Below are positions 1-10,595 of a DNA stretch of 54,933 nucleotides, piece after piece. Below the pieces are notes generated by a model that had not been told where the DNA came from, made no database searches, and saw nothing but the letters and a program-made list of their open reading frames with translations. Origin of the DNA: an uncultured Ruminococcus sp. (lineage in GTDB: Bacteria; Bacillota; Clostridia; Oscillospirales; CAG-272). Position numbers and translations under genes: made by a program. Positions within the stretch are counted from its first letter, which is position 1. The number at the start of each line of letters is the position of its first letter. The stretch spans positions 15,687 through 70,619 of the forward strand of contig CAZQII010000001.1 in the NCBI GenBank assembly GCA_964593825.1, read 5' to 3'.

Positions 1-2266
1 AATGTATAAGACTTACGGGGTCGGGATCCTTCAGGATCTCGGTCCCTTTTTCTATGTAATATTTTTCGGCATCCGTGCCGATATACAGCTTTTTGTCGCT
101 TATAACGATCATCTCGAGCGAATCGAATCTTTCGCTGAAATTATATGAGGGTGTATACGCTTTTCCGTGCGCACCGAAAATGACGGTGTCCGACAGCTTT
201 ATGTATTCGAGCATTTCCTCGCGCGTGGAGTAATGCAGCATTCCCGAGCCCAAATATGTAATTGCCTGCCGCTCGGAAATAACACGGAAGGCGCATCTCA
301 TCGAGTCCTCTCCGTAAGCAACGCGGTAAAGCTCCGAAACCGTAAGATCACCAACCTTTATCGATCCGTTGTCCGAATAGCGTATAAGCTTCACATTGAA
401 TTCCTCCGCCAAGGCGGCAAGGGAGCCGTATATCGCCTCCTCGTCACTGTTAAGCGGCTCGGGAACCATGACAGTGTCGGTCTTGATATAGGAGATTACA
501 ATCTCGAGCGCATCGTCGAGTCCGAAGGAATAATGGCTTGCAATATAGAGGTCGAGCGCGAAAATGTTTTGCTCCGTCATTATGTCGACTGTTTCGTATC
601 CCGTGTTCTCCGAGTAGGCGCAAATATCCACCGCGGCGCAAATTCCGTCGGATCTTAATGTCAGAATATCGTGCTTTTCGCACGAGGTATATACTATATC
701 ATCGGTATATACCGAATCATATGTGTTAAATGCCGCCGCTGTGTGTAAGAACAAAAACGAAACGACCAAAACGGTGCAAGCGATCCGTATGTGCTTTATT
801 TTGAATATCAGAAATGCAAAGAAGAGCACCGAGAAAAGGATAATGCCGAGCTTTATATGCCATTCGTCCGATGACACGAGCGCCATTTTTGAGGACGAGA
901 GCAGGTCGGCGGCCTTATCAGTTATGCAGAACAAAGGCGACATCACCGCTTTTCCTATCGGAATGAATGAGCCCACGGCAAGGATCGCTATTCCGGCGTA
1001 AATGAATATCTCCGTTAAAAACGAGAATATCAACGTTGCGGGCGCACCGAGGAGCGATATGCTCGAGGTGAACGTCATGCTTATGAGCATGGTGGCGCCG
1101 ATGGCGAAGAACGATGCGGCAAATGACGAAAGTATACCCGATAGGATTCGCTTGATAGGTGTGCGCTTCTTCTCTGATCTTTTCTCGGAGAGCTCGTTTA
1201 ACGCAGCGATGCCCAGTGTCGCAAATGCGGAGAGCCACAGCGAAATATCATAGATCGCATAAGGAGTTGCAATACATATTATGAAGACCGAAAGGGCTAA
1301 ATTCGTCGGCATGTCCTTTGCGGAGGCGAGCAGATAGAGCAGGGATGAGATAATGAGCATGATGCCCGCACGCACAACGGAGGGAGAAAAGCCCGTGACG
1401 GACATATAAATAACGGCGAAGATGACGGTAAAGATCTTTTGCGGCTTTTTGCCCAAGCCGAAAATAGAAAGCAGCTTCCCGAGTCCGATGGAGAGAATGG
1501 CAAGGTGCATGCCGCTCAAGGCGAGAATATGCGAGATCCCTATCCTGCGGAAATCAAGAGTCAGCCTTTTGGATAGATATGCGCGCTGTCCCATGAAAAG
1601 TGCGGCAAAGAGCGCACCCGCATCGGCTCCCATGAGCAGCATACTGCGCCGCGAAATATTCTCCCTCAGGTACATAAGACCGTCATATAAGGAGCTTTTC
1701 GCGGCTCCCGAAAATTTTAAATTACGGTAATCCCGTGCGACAGCGGAAATTCCCCTTGCAAAATAATAGGAACGTGCATCGAAATCATCCGTTTCTTCAA
1801 ATTCGGAGAGCACAGCTCGAAACGAGACCGTCGCGCCCTTATATGCGTAAGCGGCGTCATCCTTGGAGATGCGGAGTATTATTTTATATCCGTTCGATTT
1901 TTCGATGCCTCCGACTGCGTCCGTGCTTATGAAGAGCGTTGTGGTATACGAGGAGGAAGCGTCTATATCGTATACGGTGCCTTCGACATCGACCTCGCCT
2001 TCGAATTTCTTCGATGCATCGAAGATGCCGCCGTTAAAATAAAGATTCGAAAATGCTATCGAAGCAAGAAGCATGACGGCCACCGCCTTGGACAGCACAA
2101 AGCTCTTCTTAAGCACAAGGCTCGCGATCGACGAGAAGACGAAAACAAGCGCGGATGTAAGAATGAGGAGATGCTTTGCCGTATCGGTGCCTCGCTCAAA
2201 TAACACAAAGCCGCCGAGCATAACACAAAGTATTAAGCACAGCGGCCGCTTATAAAATATATTCAT
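1..2266 (-). CDS. comEC: ComEC/Rec2 DNA-uptake channel protein; C-terminal end runs off the window
   Basis: Absent from the ORF track because it is cut by the window edge. Manual translation of the minus strand from the ATG at 2266..2264 stays open for 755 codons. Polytopic membrane protein with the competence-domain motif RIGISHILALSGMHLAIL. Confidence 0.85.
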   Translation of the reverse strand, partial: MNIFYKRPLCLILCVMLGGFVLFERGTDTAKHLLILTSALVFVFSSIASLVLKKSFVLSKAVAVMLLASIAFSNLYFNGGIFDASKKFEGEVDVEGTVYDIDASSSYTTTLFISTDAVGGIEKSNGYKIILRISKDDAAYAYKGATVSFRAVLSEFEETDDFDARSYYFARGISAVARDYRNLKFSGAAKSSLYDGLMYLRENISRRSMLLMGADAGALFAALFMGQRAYLSKRLTLDFRRIGISHILALSGMHLAILSIGLGKLLSIFGLGKKPQKIFTVIFAVIYMSVTGFSPSVVRAGIMLIISSLLYLLASAKDMPTNLALSVFIICIATPYAIYDISLWLSAFATLGIAALNELSEKRSEKKRTPIKRILSGILSSFAASFFAIGATMLISMTFTSSISLLGAPATLIFSFLTEIFIYAGIAILAVGSFIPIGKAVMSPLFCITDKAADLLSSSKMALVSSDEWHIKLGIILFSVLFFAFLIFKIKHIRIACTVLVVSFLFLHTAAAFNTYDSVYTDDIVYTSCEKHDILTLRSDGICAAVDICAYSENTGYETVDIMTEQNIFALDLYIASHYSFGLDDALEIVISYIKTDTVMVPEPLNSDEEAIYGSLAALAEEFNVKLIRYSDNGSIKVGDLTVSELYRVAYGEDSMRCAFRVISERQAITYLGSGMLHYSTREEMLEYIKLSDTVIFGAHGKAYTPSYNFSERFDSLEMIVISDKKLYIGTDAEKYYIEKGTEILKDPDPVSLIH

Positions 2267-2294
2267 ACCTGTTCTGCCTTTAATTATTTTGATG

Positions 2295-3200
2295 TTATGA
2301 ATATTTTTTGGGAATCACAAAATTAAATGCATTACGTATGACCGTCAGGTCGACGGTTTTTGTTCCTTTTATTTCTCCGTCTATACAGATCGGAATCGGA
2401 CGCTCGAATTCCATCTTGAGATGCGAGCATCTGCGGTAGCTGATTACGTCCTCGGTCTTTTTGTTCTCAAGGTGCAGCCCTTTTTTATATATTCCGACAA
2501 GGGACAGAAATTTTCTCCTGGTCACCTTTTTGATCATGCAGATATCGAGTATCCCGTCGTCGAGGCTTGCCTGCGGTGCCGCCATAAAGCCGCCGCCGCA
2601 ATATTTGCCGTTGCCGATGGCGGTGAGGGTCAGCGTGTCGGAAATGACCGTTCCGTCATCGAATATGAGCTTCATCGGCGTTCCGATCTTTCGGAGCAGA
2701 ACCTTGACGATGCCCAAAATATAAGAAAATCTCGGGGAGATCAGTTTCAGCCCTTGCGCCTCCTTTGCGACCGCACAGTCGAAGCCGATGTTGATCATGT
2801 TCGCGCAGTAGTGCTCATTGCATTTTATAAGATCGAGAGAAACGGGCGTTCCGTCGAGCTGGGCGTTAATGTCGTTGAAATCCTCCGCGCTGCCGAAATT
2901 CCTGACAAAATCGTTGCCCGAGCCGTGAGGGATGACTCCGAATTCGATGTTGGGATTGCAGGGGGCGCTGTTGACTATTTCGTTGATCGTTCCGTCGCCG
3001 CCGACGCAAACGAATCTTTGTCTGTCCTTATATGAATTTATCATGGAGCGGACGTATTCCGTTGCGTCGCCTGGACACGTGGTGTAATAGATATGGTAAT
3101 CGAGGCGGCGCTGACGGCAGGCGGATTTTATCGAATTTTCCATTTCCTTATGCCTTTTGCGCTTGCCCGAATTGGGATTTAATATAAAATGAAATATCAT
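2295..3200 (-). CDS. Diacylglycerol/lipid kinase family protein (DagK/YegS type)
   Basis: 301 aa. N-terminal ILNPNSGK and the VCVGGDGTINEIVN motif are typical of the DAGK catalytic domain. SD GGAG lies 5 nt upstream. Confidence 0.85.
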   Translation of the reverse strand: MIFHFILNPNSGKRKRHKEMENSIKSACRQRRLDYHIYYTTCPGDATEYVRSMINSYKDRQRFVCVGGDGTINEIVNSAPCNPNIEFGVIPHGSGNDFVRNFGSAEDFNDINAQLDGTPVSLDLIKCNEHYCANMINIGFDCAVAKEAQGLKLISPRFSYILGIVKVLLRKIGTPMKLIFDDGTVISDTLTLTAIGNGKYCGGGFMAAPQASLDDGILDICMIKKVTRRKFLSLVGIYKKGLHLENKKTEDVISYRRCSHLKMEFERPIPICIDGEIKGTKTVDLTVIRNAFNFVIPKKYS

Positions 3201-3319
3201 ACAATCTCCGAAAAAAGCGTATGAAATACACGGCTTCCGACTGTTTTTCGAAAAGCTGTATTTTAAAATACGTTATTCTTAATGTTTTTGAGAAAAATTA
3301 AAAAATTATTCACAAAAGC

Positions 3320-3348
3320 ATTATATCAAATTTTTGCCCTCTTGTCAA
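3320..3348 (-). promoter_or_regulatory. Sigma-A promoter, exact TTGACA-N17-TATAAT on the minus strand, upstream of the lipid kinase gene
   Basis: Reverse complement reads cTTGACAagagggcaaaaatttgaTATAATgc. -35 = 3343..3348, -10 = 3320..3325. Confidence 0.6.
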
Positions 3349-3384
3349 GGATTTTAACGCCGTCATGTAGAAAAAAGGCAAATT

Positions 3385-4626
3385 TTACACATTTTTGTTC
3401 TTATGTATCATATCGTAATAAATTTTTGCGGCCTGCTCGGTCTTATTTTCGCCGAAGCGATAATACCTTTTATCCTTGATGTCGTCGGGGAGATATTGCT
3501 GCTCGACATAATGGTTCGGATAATCGTGCGGATACTTATATCCTTTGAACAAGGGTGAGCGCAGATGCTCCGGAGGTGTTATTCCGAGGCCGCGCGCGGC
3601 GTCGTCCGAGGCAACGGCGTAAGCGGTGTAGGCACTGTTGGATTTCGGTGCGGTGGCAAGAATGCACACGGCGTTTGCGAGCGGTATTGCCGCCTCGGGC
3701 AGACCGACCTGCTTGGCGCTCTCGGTGCAGGCGTGTGCGATGACCGCGGCGAGCGGATAGGCGCATCCTATGTCCTCGTTTGCTATAACGAGTATTCTTC
3801 TGCATGCCGACAGCAGATCTCCCGATGCGAGGATCTTCGACAGATAAAACACCGCGGCGTCGGGATCGGAGCCTCTGATGGATTTCTGAAGGCAGGAGAG
3901 CAGGTCGTAATGAACATCGCCGCACCTGTCGAAATGCCCGGCAAAGGAGGGCATAAGCTGTGCGCAGGCCTCTGCTGTTATTTCGCTGTCGCTTATGTAA
4001 AACGCGTTTTCGACTACGCTGATGCTCATTCGCACATCTCCGCCGCAGCTTGAGGCAATTGCCCTGAGGACATCGTCGGAGGCGGTCTTTTTATCGCCGA
4101 AGTCGCTGTTCATCGTTGCCAGGGCGCGCTTTAGCGCGGGAATACAGTCATCCGGCGTCAGCGATTTGAATTCAAAAACGCCGGAGCGAGAGAGCAGAGC
4201 ATTATAGACGCAGTAAAACGGATTTTCCGTTGTTGAGGCGATGAGCGTTATTTTTCCGTTCTCCATAAATTCGAGGAGCGATTGCTGCTGCTTCTTGTTG
4301 AAGTATTGGATCTCGTCAAGATATAAGAGCGTCCCCGATTCGGAAAGCATGCCGCCGCCCGTCGCATCCGCGATGACGTCCTTTATGTCCGACAGAGATG
4401 CCGTCGTCGCATTCAGTCGGTAGAGCTGCATATCGGAGACGGAGGCAATTATGTTTGCGACCGTGGTTTTTCCCGTGCCGGGAGGACCGTAAAATATCAT
4501 ATTCGGTATCCGCTTGTTTTCGATCAGCTTCCGTAATATTCCGTTCTTACCGACGAGGTGCTCCTGTCCGCAGATCTCGTCAAACGATGTCGGACGCAGT
4601 TTGTCCGCTAATGGCTGTATCGGCAT
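3385..4626 (-). CDS. rarA: Replication-associated recombination protein A (AAA+ ATPase RarA/MgsA)
   Basis: 413 aa. Contains [15 protein letters not shown] (Walker A) and LYLDEIQYFNKKQQ, with overall RarA layout. Lies 32 nt downstream of recG. Confidence 0.9.
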   Translation of the reverse strand: MPIQPLADKLRPTSFDEICGQEHLVGKNGILRKLIENKRIPNMIFYGPPGTGKTTVANIIASVSDMQLYRLNATTASLSDIKDVIADATGGGMLSESGTLLYLDEIQYFNKKQQQSLLEFMENGKITLIASTTENPFYCVYNALLSRSGVFEFKSLTPDDCIPALKRALATMNSDFGDKKTASDDVLRAIASSCGGDVRMSISVVENAFYISDSEITAEACAQLMPSFAGHFDRCGDVHYDLLSCLQKSIRGSDPDAAVFYLSKILASGDLLSACRRILVIANEDIGCAYPLAAVIAHACTESAKQVGLPEAAIPLANAVCILATAPKSNSAYTAYAVASDDAARGLGITPPEHLRSPLFKGYKYPHDYPNHYVEQQYLPDDIKDKRYYRFGENKTEQAAKIYYDMIHKNKNV

Positions 4627-4658
4627 TTTTAAATTTACCTTTCGAATCTTTCCTTATT

Positions 4659-6788
4659 TTATGAAATCGTGCTTGTCGTAGGGGATATTCTTTTTTCAAG
4701 CTCGGAGCGCAGTGCCGAATGCTCCGGCAATGACAGTTCGGGATCCGCTCCGATCATTCCCTTGGCCTCGGAGAATGCCGAGTCGAAAAGCTCCTTATCG
4801 TTGCAAAGAGATGCAAGTTTGAATTCAAATCCGCCGCTCTGCCGCAAATTATTGCCGCCTTCGAGCGAAAAGAATTCGCCGGGACCGCGGAGCTCGAGAT
4901 CGCGCTCCGCGATCTTATATCCGTCGTACGTTGTTTTCATGGTGTCGAGGCGTGCGCGTGCGCTCTCCGATCTTGAGTCCGAAACGAGAATGCAATAGGA
5001 CTTCTTTTGTCCGCGTCCGACACGGCCGCGCAGCTGGTGCAATTGCGACAGGCCGAAGCGCTCTGCGTTTTCGACGATCATGAGCACCGCGTTCGGAACA
5101 TTTATTCCGACCTCTATCACCGTCGTCGAGACCAAGACATCGTATTCTCCGCGTGAAAATCCGTGCATGATCGCGTCCTTCTCGTCCGATCTCATTCGCC
5201 CGTGGAGCAGCGCGACTCTGACGCTCGGAACGGCCTTTTGCAGCTCTTTTGAATATTCGGTCGCGTTTTTGAGCGGCAGGGACGGTGTGCCGTCCTTTTT
5301 AATTTCGTAAAGCTCCGCGTCGCCGTCTCCGTCCGCCTCTATCGACGGACATACTATGTAGCATTGACCGCCGAGAGACACCTGCTTCTTTATAAAATCG
5401 TTTATCCTTTGTCTGTATGACTCATCCACGACATATGTGTCGACGCGCATCCTTCCGCTCGGCATTTGTGTGATATGGGAAATATCGAGATCGCCGTAAA
5501 GGGCGAGCGCCAGGCTCCTCGGTATAGGCGTCGCACTCATTACGAGCAGATGCGCCGACTGTGATTTGTCCTTTAACGCGGCTCTTTGAGCCACGCCGAA
5601 GCGATGCTGCTCATCCGTTATGACAAGTCCGAGTCGGGAGAACTCGACCTTGTCCGAGAGTAGGGCGTGCGTTCCGATGACTATATCCGTTTCTCCGCTT
5701 TTCAGGGAGGCCGTGATCCTTGTTTTCTCCTTTTGGGTGCATGAGCCTATCAGCAGCTCGGTTTTAAAGCCCAACTTTTCGAAAAGGTCGGACAGCTCGG
5801 CGTAATGCTGCCGCGCGAGTATCTCCGTCGGAACCATGAGCGCGCTTTGAAATCCCGAGCCGACCGCAAAATAGATCGCCGCGGCGGCGCAAACCGTTTT
5901 TCCGCAACCGACGTCACCGACGAGTATGCGCGCCATCGGCGGCGAGCCCTTGCTTGCGGAAAGGACGGTGTCCATGTAAATATCGTTTATCGCACTCTTT
6001 TGCGAATCGGTGAGCTCGTACGGCAAAAGGCTCTTGAACGGCTCGATCGGAAGAGGAGAGAAGCTCGGTGCCGCGGCGCCCGTTTTATATCTTGAGGAAA
6101 CGCAGATACCCATGCCGAAGAAAAGCATCTCGTCGAAGGCCAACCTGCGCACCGCACGGTCGAGATCCTGCTCGCTTTCCGGGAAATGAATATTCCTTAA
6201 TGCAAACTGTAATGTGGAAAGTGTGTTTTTCAGCCTGATATCATCGGGCAGAAAATCCTTTATCTCCGATGTAAGCCCGCCAAGCACCGATTTTACGAGC
6301 TTGCTTATCGACTTGGAGGTCAGGCCCTCCGTCTGCTGATATATCGGAATGAGATCAGCAAGCTCGTTTTCGTTTATGCATGGCTCGTACTTCGGACTTG
6401 CCAATCTTATATGATTTTTTGCATAATCGAGCTTTCCGTAGAAGCGAAATCTTGCGCCCGTATGAAATACATTGTGCACGAAGGGGGAATTGAAAAACAC
6501 TATTTCGACAGAGCCGGAGTCGTCAAAAGCGCGAAAGCATGAGAGAGTCATGCCTTTTCTTATTTTGACGGTGCGCACCTCGGAGGCGACGGTAAGCATG
6601 AATGCGTGATTGACGCCGTAGTCCGACTCGCCGAGCAATTTAATATCGCCGCGCTTTTCGTAAGCTCGCGGAAAGAAATAAAGAAGATCTCCGAGCGTGT
6701 CGATCCCGAGCCTTGCGAGCGCCTGAGCCTTCGCTTTGCCCACACCGTATAATTCGAAGACCGATGTCGATAATGTGTATCCGGCCAT
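4659..6788 (-). CDS. recG: ATP-dependent DNA helicase RecG
   Basis: 709 aa. Contains GDVGCGKT (Walker A), DEQHRFG (motif II) and QLHQLRGRVGRG (motif VI), plus an N-terminal wedge/OB region. Confidence 0.95.
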   Translation of the reverse strand: MAGYTLSTSVFELYGVGKAKAQALARLGIDTLGDLLYFFPRAYEKRGDIKLLGESDYGVNHAFMLTVASEVRTVKIRKGMTLSCFRAFDDSGSVEIVFFNSPFVHNVFHTGARFRFYGKLDYAKNHIRLASPKYEPCINENELADLIPIYQQTEGLTSKSISKLVKSVLGGLTSEIKDFLPDDIRLKNTLSTLQFALRNIHFPESEQDLDRAVRRLAFDEMLFFGMGICVSSRYKTGAAAPSFSPLPIEPFKSLLPYELTDSQKSAINDIYMDTVLSASKGSPPMARILVGDVGCGKTVCAAAAIYFAVGSGFQSALMVPTEILARQHYAELSDLFEKLGFKTELLIGSCTQKEKTRITASLKSGETDIVIGTHALLSDKVEFSRLGLVITDEQHRFGVAQRAALKDKSQSAHLLVMSATPIPRSLALALYGDLDISHITQMPSGRMRVDTYVVDESYRQRINDFIKKQVSLGGQCYIVCPSIEADGDGDAELYEIKKDGTPSLPLKNATEYSKELQKAVPSVRVALLHGRMRSDEKDAIMHGFSRGEYDVLVSTTVIEVGINVPNAVLMIVENAERFGLSQLHQLRGRVGRGQKKSYCILVSDSRSESARARLDTMKTTYDGYKIAERDLELRGPGEFFSLEGGNNLRQSGGFEFKLASLCNDKELFDSAFSEAKGMIGADPELSLPEHSALRSELEKRISPTTSTIS

Positions 6789-6919
6789 GCCTTACTCCTT
6801 ACTCCTTTCGCCTGAGCTTGTATATAGAATATTTTACACGATTTTCGTCTCTATTTCAATACAAAATCATAAAATCCCGAAAAAATAATTAATATTCCGA
6901 AGGAAAAATGTAAATTTGC

Positions 6920-6969
6920 TTTAAATAATAATAAATAAAATAATAAAAAAATAATAAATAATTTTTTTA
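6920..6969. repeat. 50-nt pure A/T low-complexity tract with (AATAATAAATAA)-like repeats in the recG/yybS divergent region
   Basis: No G or C between 6920 and 6969. Sits just upstream of the predicted yybS-like promoter, so it may act as an UP-element or curved DNA. Confidence 0.8.
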
Positions 6970-6973
6970 GCTC

Positions 6974-7002
6974 TTTACAAACAGTGTGAAATATGATATA
7001 AT
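6974..7002 (+). promoter_or_regulatory. Sigma-A promoter TTTACA-N17-TATAAT with an extended -10 (TGa)
   Basis: Sequence ctcTTTACAaacagtgtgaaataTGaTATAATg, about 30 nt upstream of the ATG at 7033. Confidence 0.55.
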
Positions 7003-7032
7003 GTAAAAGTATAAAAATATATAGGTGATTGT

Positions 7033-8088
7033 ATGAAATATAAGCTTGATGCGAAATTCGATTATAAAAAAACATTGGCGCTGTTTGCGGCACTGGCGTT
7101 GCTCTTCGGAGCAATGTGCTCGATGCTTTCGTTCTTTGCGATCCCGTTTGCCGCGGCGTATATCGCGGCACTGATCGTTTTTTCATTTCCGAAAAAGCAC
7201 GGCGCAGTCATTACCTTATCCGTTTCGGCAGCTGTCTGCCTCTGCGCGGCGGCGTTCGGCTCGGTCTCCGTGTATTCTGCGCTTGTCGCCGTTGTTATCG
7301 GAATTTCAATAGGCCTGACGTACGTGTCCGGAAGAACAAAGACCGAGGCCGTTGCAATTACCGCGGGTGCGGTCGTGCTCCTTACGGTGATTTTGCTCTG
7401 GATCCTCGCATGGCTTGGCACGGGCAGTGCATCATTTTCTTCGTTGCGCGATTTTTATACCGATGTGTATTCGCTTCTTAAGTCGGAGATCGCATCGACG
7501 CTTAATGAGCAATATGAGAGTCTCGGAAGTCAATTTTCCGCCGCGGATATCGAGGCGGCCGCCGCTCAGACACTTTTGTACATGGACAGCGCGCTGAAGC
7601 TCATTCCGTCAATTTTTGTGATAGGCGCCTTGATATTATCGGGCTTTGCCTTTAAGATGTTCGGGCTGACCGTATACAAGCATTCCGCGGAAAAATCCGC
7701 GATCCTTGCCTGGAGATTCAAGACCTCGAATGTTTTTGTTATCTTTTATATAATCGTTGCGATAGCATACTTGTTTGTGTCGGACGGCGATGTTCTCTCC
7801 GTTTCGATCGTAAATCTTTACTCGATCTTGCACTTTGTATATGCTTATATAGGTTATAATTTCGTAACGGCGCTTCTTGCGGGTAAAATGCGCCTCGGCC
7901 TGGCAAGGCTGATCGTTATAGCTGCGATATTCATTTTTTCTTCCTTCTCGGTGCAGATCCTTGCCGTTGGCGGAGTAATATTTACGTTTATTTGCAATAA
8001 GGCGGGCGGCTTCCCGCAAAATAAGGGTCCGTTGAACGGATCACACAACAGGAGGGACGAAAGTGAGGATGACGATGAAAAGCATTAA
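7033..8088 (+). CDS. Polytopic membrane protein, YybS-like (DUF2232-type) by position upstream of gdpP
   Basis: 351 aa with many TM helices and an acidic tail. The call rests on conserved Firmicute synteny yybS-gdpP-rplI-dnaB. No specific motif was verified. Confidence 0.6.
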   Translation: MKYKLDAKFDYKKTLALFAALALLFGAMCSMLSFFAIPFAAAYIAALIVFSFPKKHGAVITLSVSAAVCLCAAAFGSVSVYSALVAVVIGISIGLTYVSGRTKTEAVAITAGAVVLLTVILLWILAWLGTGSASFSSLRDFYTDVYSLLKSEIASTLNEQYESLGSQFSAADIEAAAAQTLLYMDSALKLIPSIFVIGALILSGFAFKMFGLTVYKHSAEKSAILAWRFKTSNVFVIFYIIVAIAYLFVSDGDVLSVSIVNLYSILHFVYAYIGYNFVTALLAGKMRLGLARLIVIAAIFIFSSFSVQILAVGGVIFTFICNKAGGFPQNKGPLNGSHNRRDESEDDDEKH

Positions 8089-10093
8089 TATCACCGGAGA
8101 GAGCGGCAATATACCGATAGCGTCGAGGTTCGATGTCGTTTTGTATGTTGCTCTCGGCTGTCTCAATATTGCACTCGTCGCGATAATCTCAGCTGTTACC
8201 GCGATCCCGACCGTCCTCGTTGCCGCTATCGGGCTCGTGCTTTATCTTGCCGAGATCGCGTTCGTGCAATTTAAGCGCGGCGCATCCGTTAAGTCTCTGC
8301 CGAGAAAAAATATACATGAGCTGCTTCTCGAAAACGGAAGCACGGTGTTTAAAAATTCCAAGGATCCGATGATCGCCTTCGATTCCTCTGACATCGCCCT
8401 TTGGTATAACGATGCGTTCGCAGATGTCGCACTCGGAGAAAATTATATAGGTAAGGATCTCACGGAAATTTTCGGAGATGACTTTATCGGCGGCATCAAA
8501 AAGGACGGCACGCTAACATTCGGCGGCAGAAGATATAATGCACAGACATTTGAGGTCTTGTCGGATGCTCCGGGGCTCTATATGCTCGTCCTCGACGACA
8601 AGACGGAGTTCGATGAGCTGGAGGCGAGGTATTTCAACGAGCGCGTTGCCGTTGCTTACATCGCAATCGATAATATAGAGGACGTCCTGCAGTTCGTTCA
8701 TGACAGCGTTTCCGATGCCGTCTCCGCAGTCGAGGCAAAGCTCAAAGCGTGGGCATCGTCCCTCGGGGCGATCATCCGTGCTTACGAAAACGATAAGTTC
8801 ATTATGCTTTTCGATTGTGTCCATCTCGAAAAATTGGTAAAGGACAAGTTTTCCATACTCGACGATGTTCGCGAGGCTCGCGTCGGCGACAGTGTTTCCA
8901 TAACGGTCTCGATGGGTATTGCCGCGGTCGGCGGCTCTCTTGCGGAGCGAGAGGCAATAGCAAAGGATGCGATAGACACGGCGCTCCAGCGCGGCGGCGA
9001 CCAGGTCGTATACAGGACGGAAACGGAGACCCTCTATTACGGAGGAAAAACAAAATCGGTATACAAGCGCTCGAATGTGCGCTCGCGCGCATTTTCCAAC
9101 AAATTGACAGCGCTCATTTCGCGCAAGGATAACGTGATCATAATGGGACACAGATACGGCGATTTCGACTCGCTCGGTGCCTCGATCGGAATTGCGCGCC
9201 TCGCCATGCTTTGCGGAGTAAAGACGAATATAGCGGTCGATATGCGCGATAGAAATTTGATGCCGTGCATCGAGATGCTGCAAAAGACATCGACATATTC
9301 GCAGGTCTTCGTCGACAACGCCGAGGGGCTCGATCTGATAGGTCCGGACACCTTGCTCGTGCTTGTTGACCATAATTCCAAGACGCGCGCGCAGTTTGAC
9401 GATATTGCGAGGAAGATAAATTCCGTGGCGATAATCGACCATCACAGAAAGATCGATGCCACCGAGGATCCCTCCGTGGAGCTTTCGTTCATCGAGCCCT
9501 CCGCGTCGAGTGCGTGCGAGCTCGTTACGGAGATGCTCGAAAATGCGATAAGCTCGCGCAACCTCCTGAAGGAAGAGGCGGATATGCTTCTTGCCGGAAT
9601 AATTTTGGACACAAAGCAGCTTACGAGAAATACGGGAACGAGGACCTTCGGCGCGGCGCAGTATCTGCGCGGTGCGGGCGCGGATCCGTCGGACGTTTAT
9701 TCCATGTTCAAGACGTCCGTCGCCGAGCTTTCGAAGGAGTCGCGATTCCATACCAATATTACAACGTACAGAGGAAATATAGCCATTTCGTCCTGCGACG
9801 GTGACACCGATTCGTCTTACCGCGTTCTTGCGTCGAAGGCGGCGGATAAAATGCTCACCCTCAAGGGCATCGATGCGGCGTTCGCACTCGTGCGCATCGG
9901 GGGGCAGATCCATATTTCCGGACGCTCGAACGGAACGGTAAACGTCCAGCTGATCTTGGAGAAGCTCCACGGAGGAGGGCACTTCGACGTTGCGGGCGCG
10001 CAGGTCAATTCCGATTCGGTCATCGCGGTGCTCGAGGCTCTTAAGGAGAGCATAGACGAATATCTGAACAAGCAACAAACAGAAGCAGTATAA
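8063..10093 (+). CDS. gdpP: Cyclic-di-AMP phosphodiesterase GdpP (2 TM + PAS/degenerate GGDEF + DHH/DHHA1)
   Basis: 676 aa. DHH motifs [11 protein letters not shown] and AIIDHHRK, plus DHHA1 [16 protein letters not shown] start at 8063 lies 6 nt after GGAGGG and overlaps the upstream ORF by 26 nt. Confidence 0.9.
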   Translation: MRMTMKSINITGESGNIPIASRFDVVLYVALGCLNIALVAIISAVTAIPTVLVAAIGLVLYLAEIAFVQFKRGASVKSLPRKNIHELLLENGSTVFKNSKDPMIAFDSSDIALWYNDAFADVALGENYIGKDLTEIFGDDFIGGIKKDGTLTFGGRRYNAQTFEVLSDAPGLYMLVLDDKTEFDELEARYFNERVAVAYIAIDNIEDVLQFVHDSVSDAVSAVEAKLKAWASSLGAIIRAYENDKFIMLFDCVHLEKLVKDKFSILDDVREARVGDSVSITVSMGIAAVGGSLAEREAIAKDAIDTALQRGGDQVVYRTETETLYYGGKTKSVYKRSNVRSRAFSNKLTALISRKDNVIIMGHRYGDFDSLGASIGIARLAMLCGVKTNIAVDMRDRNLMPCIEMLQKTSTYSQVFVDNAEGLDLIGPDTLLVLVDHNSKTRAQFDDIARKINSVAIIDHHRKIDATEDPSVELSFIEPSASSACELVTEMLENAISSRNLLKEEADMLLAGIILDTKQLTRNTGTRTFGAAQYLRGAGADPSDVYSMFKTSVAELSKESRFHTNITTYRGNIAISSCDGDTDSSYRVLASKAADKMLTLKGIDAAFALVRIGGQIHISGRSNGTVNVQLILEKLHGGGHFDVAGAQVNSDSVIAVLEALKESIDEYLNKQQTEAV

Positions 10094-10109
10094 AGGAGAT
10101 ATATTTATT

Positions 10110-10553
10110 ATGAAGGTGATTTTACTTTGCGATGTAAAGGGACAGGGAAAGAAGGACCAGATAGTTAACGTATCCGACGGATACGCAAGGAATTTTCTCT
10201 TTCCGCAGAAGAAGGCTGTTCCCGCCGATGCGAAGGCGACAAACGAGCTTAAAAATAAGGAATCCGCTCAGCAGTTCAAAATAAGCGAGGACCGCAAGGC
10301 GGCAAAGGCGCTCGCAGACCGCATAAACGGAAAGCAGCTGGAGTTTGTTATGGGTCACGGTCAGGACGGCAGACTTTACGGCTCCGTAACATCCAAGGAC
10401 ATTGCCGAGCAGCTCGGCCGTGAGCTCGGCGTCGATATAGATAAAAGAAAGATCATGCTTAAGGACAATATCAAGGCATACGGCAATTATTCCGTTGAGA
10501 TAAAAATACTCGCCGACATCAGCGCGCAGTTTACCGTCCTTGTGCGTGAATGA
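10110..10553 (+). CDS. rplI: 50S ribosomal protein L9
   Basis: 147 aa. N-terminus [36 protein letters not shown] is the canonical L9 N-terminus. Strong SD AAAGGAG. Confidence 0.95.
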   Translation: MKVILLCDVKGQGKKDQIVNVSDGYARNFLFPQKKAVPADAKATNELKNKESAQQFKISEDRKAAKALADRINGKQLEFVMGHGQDGRLYGSVTSKDIAEQLGRELGVDIDKRKIMLKDNIKAYGNYSVEIKILADISAQFTVLVRE

Positions 10554-10595
10554 CCGATAAGCCTTTAATTTATTTTTTGAAAAGTGAAGCATTAA

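Noticed and set aside
8513-10078. 521-aa ORF antisense to gdpP. Similar long antisense ORFs occur at 10122..10919, 17206..18492, 41024..42208, 46195..47355, 50561..51754 and 53745..54833.
   Set aside because: Each lies entirely opposite a gene with unambiguous family motifs. Their translations are Arg/Cys/His-rich and low in protein-like features, and they lack SD sequences. They are typical stop-poor shadow frames, not overlapping genes.
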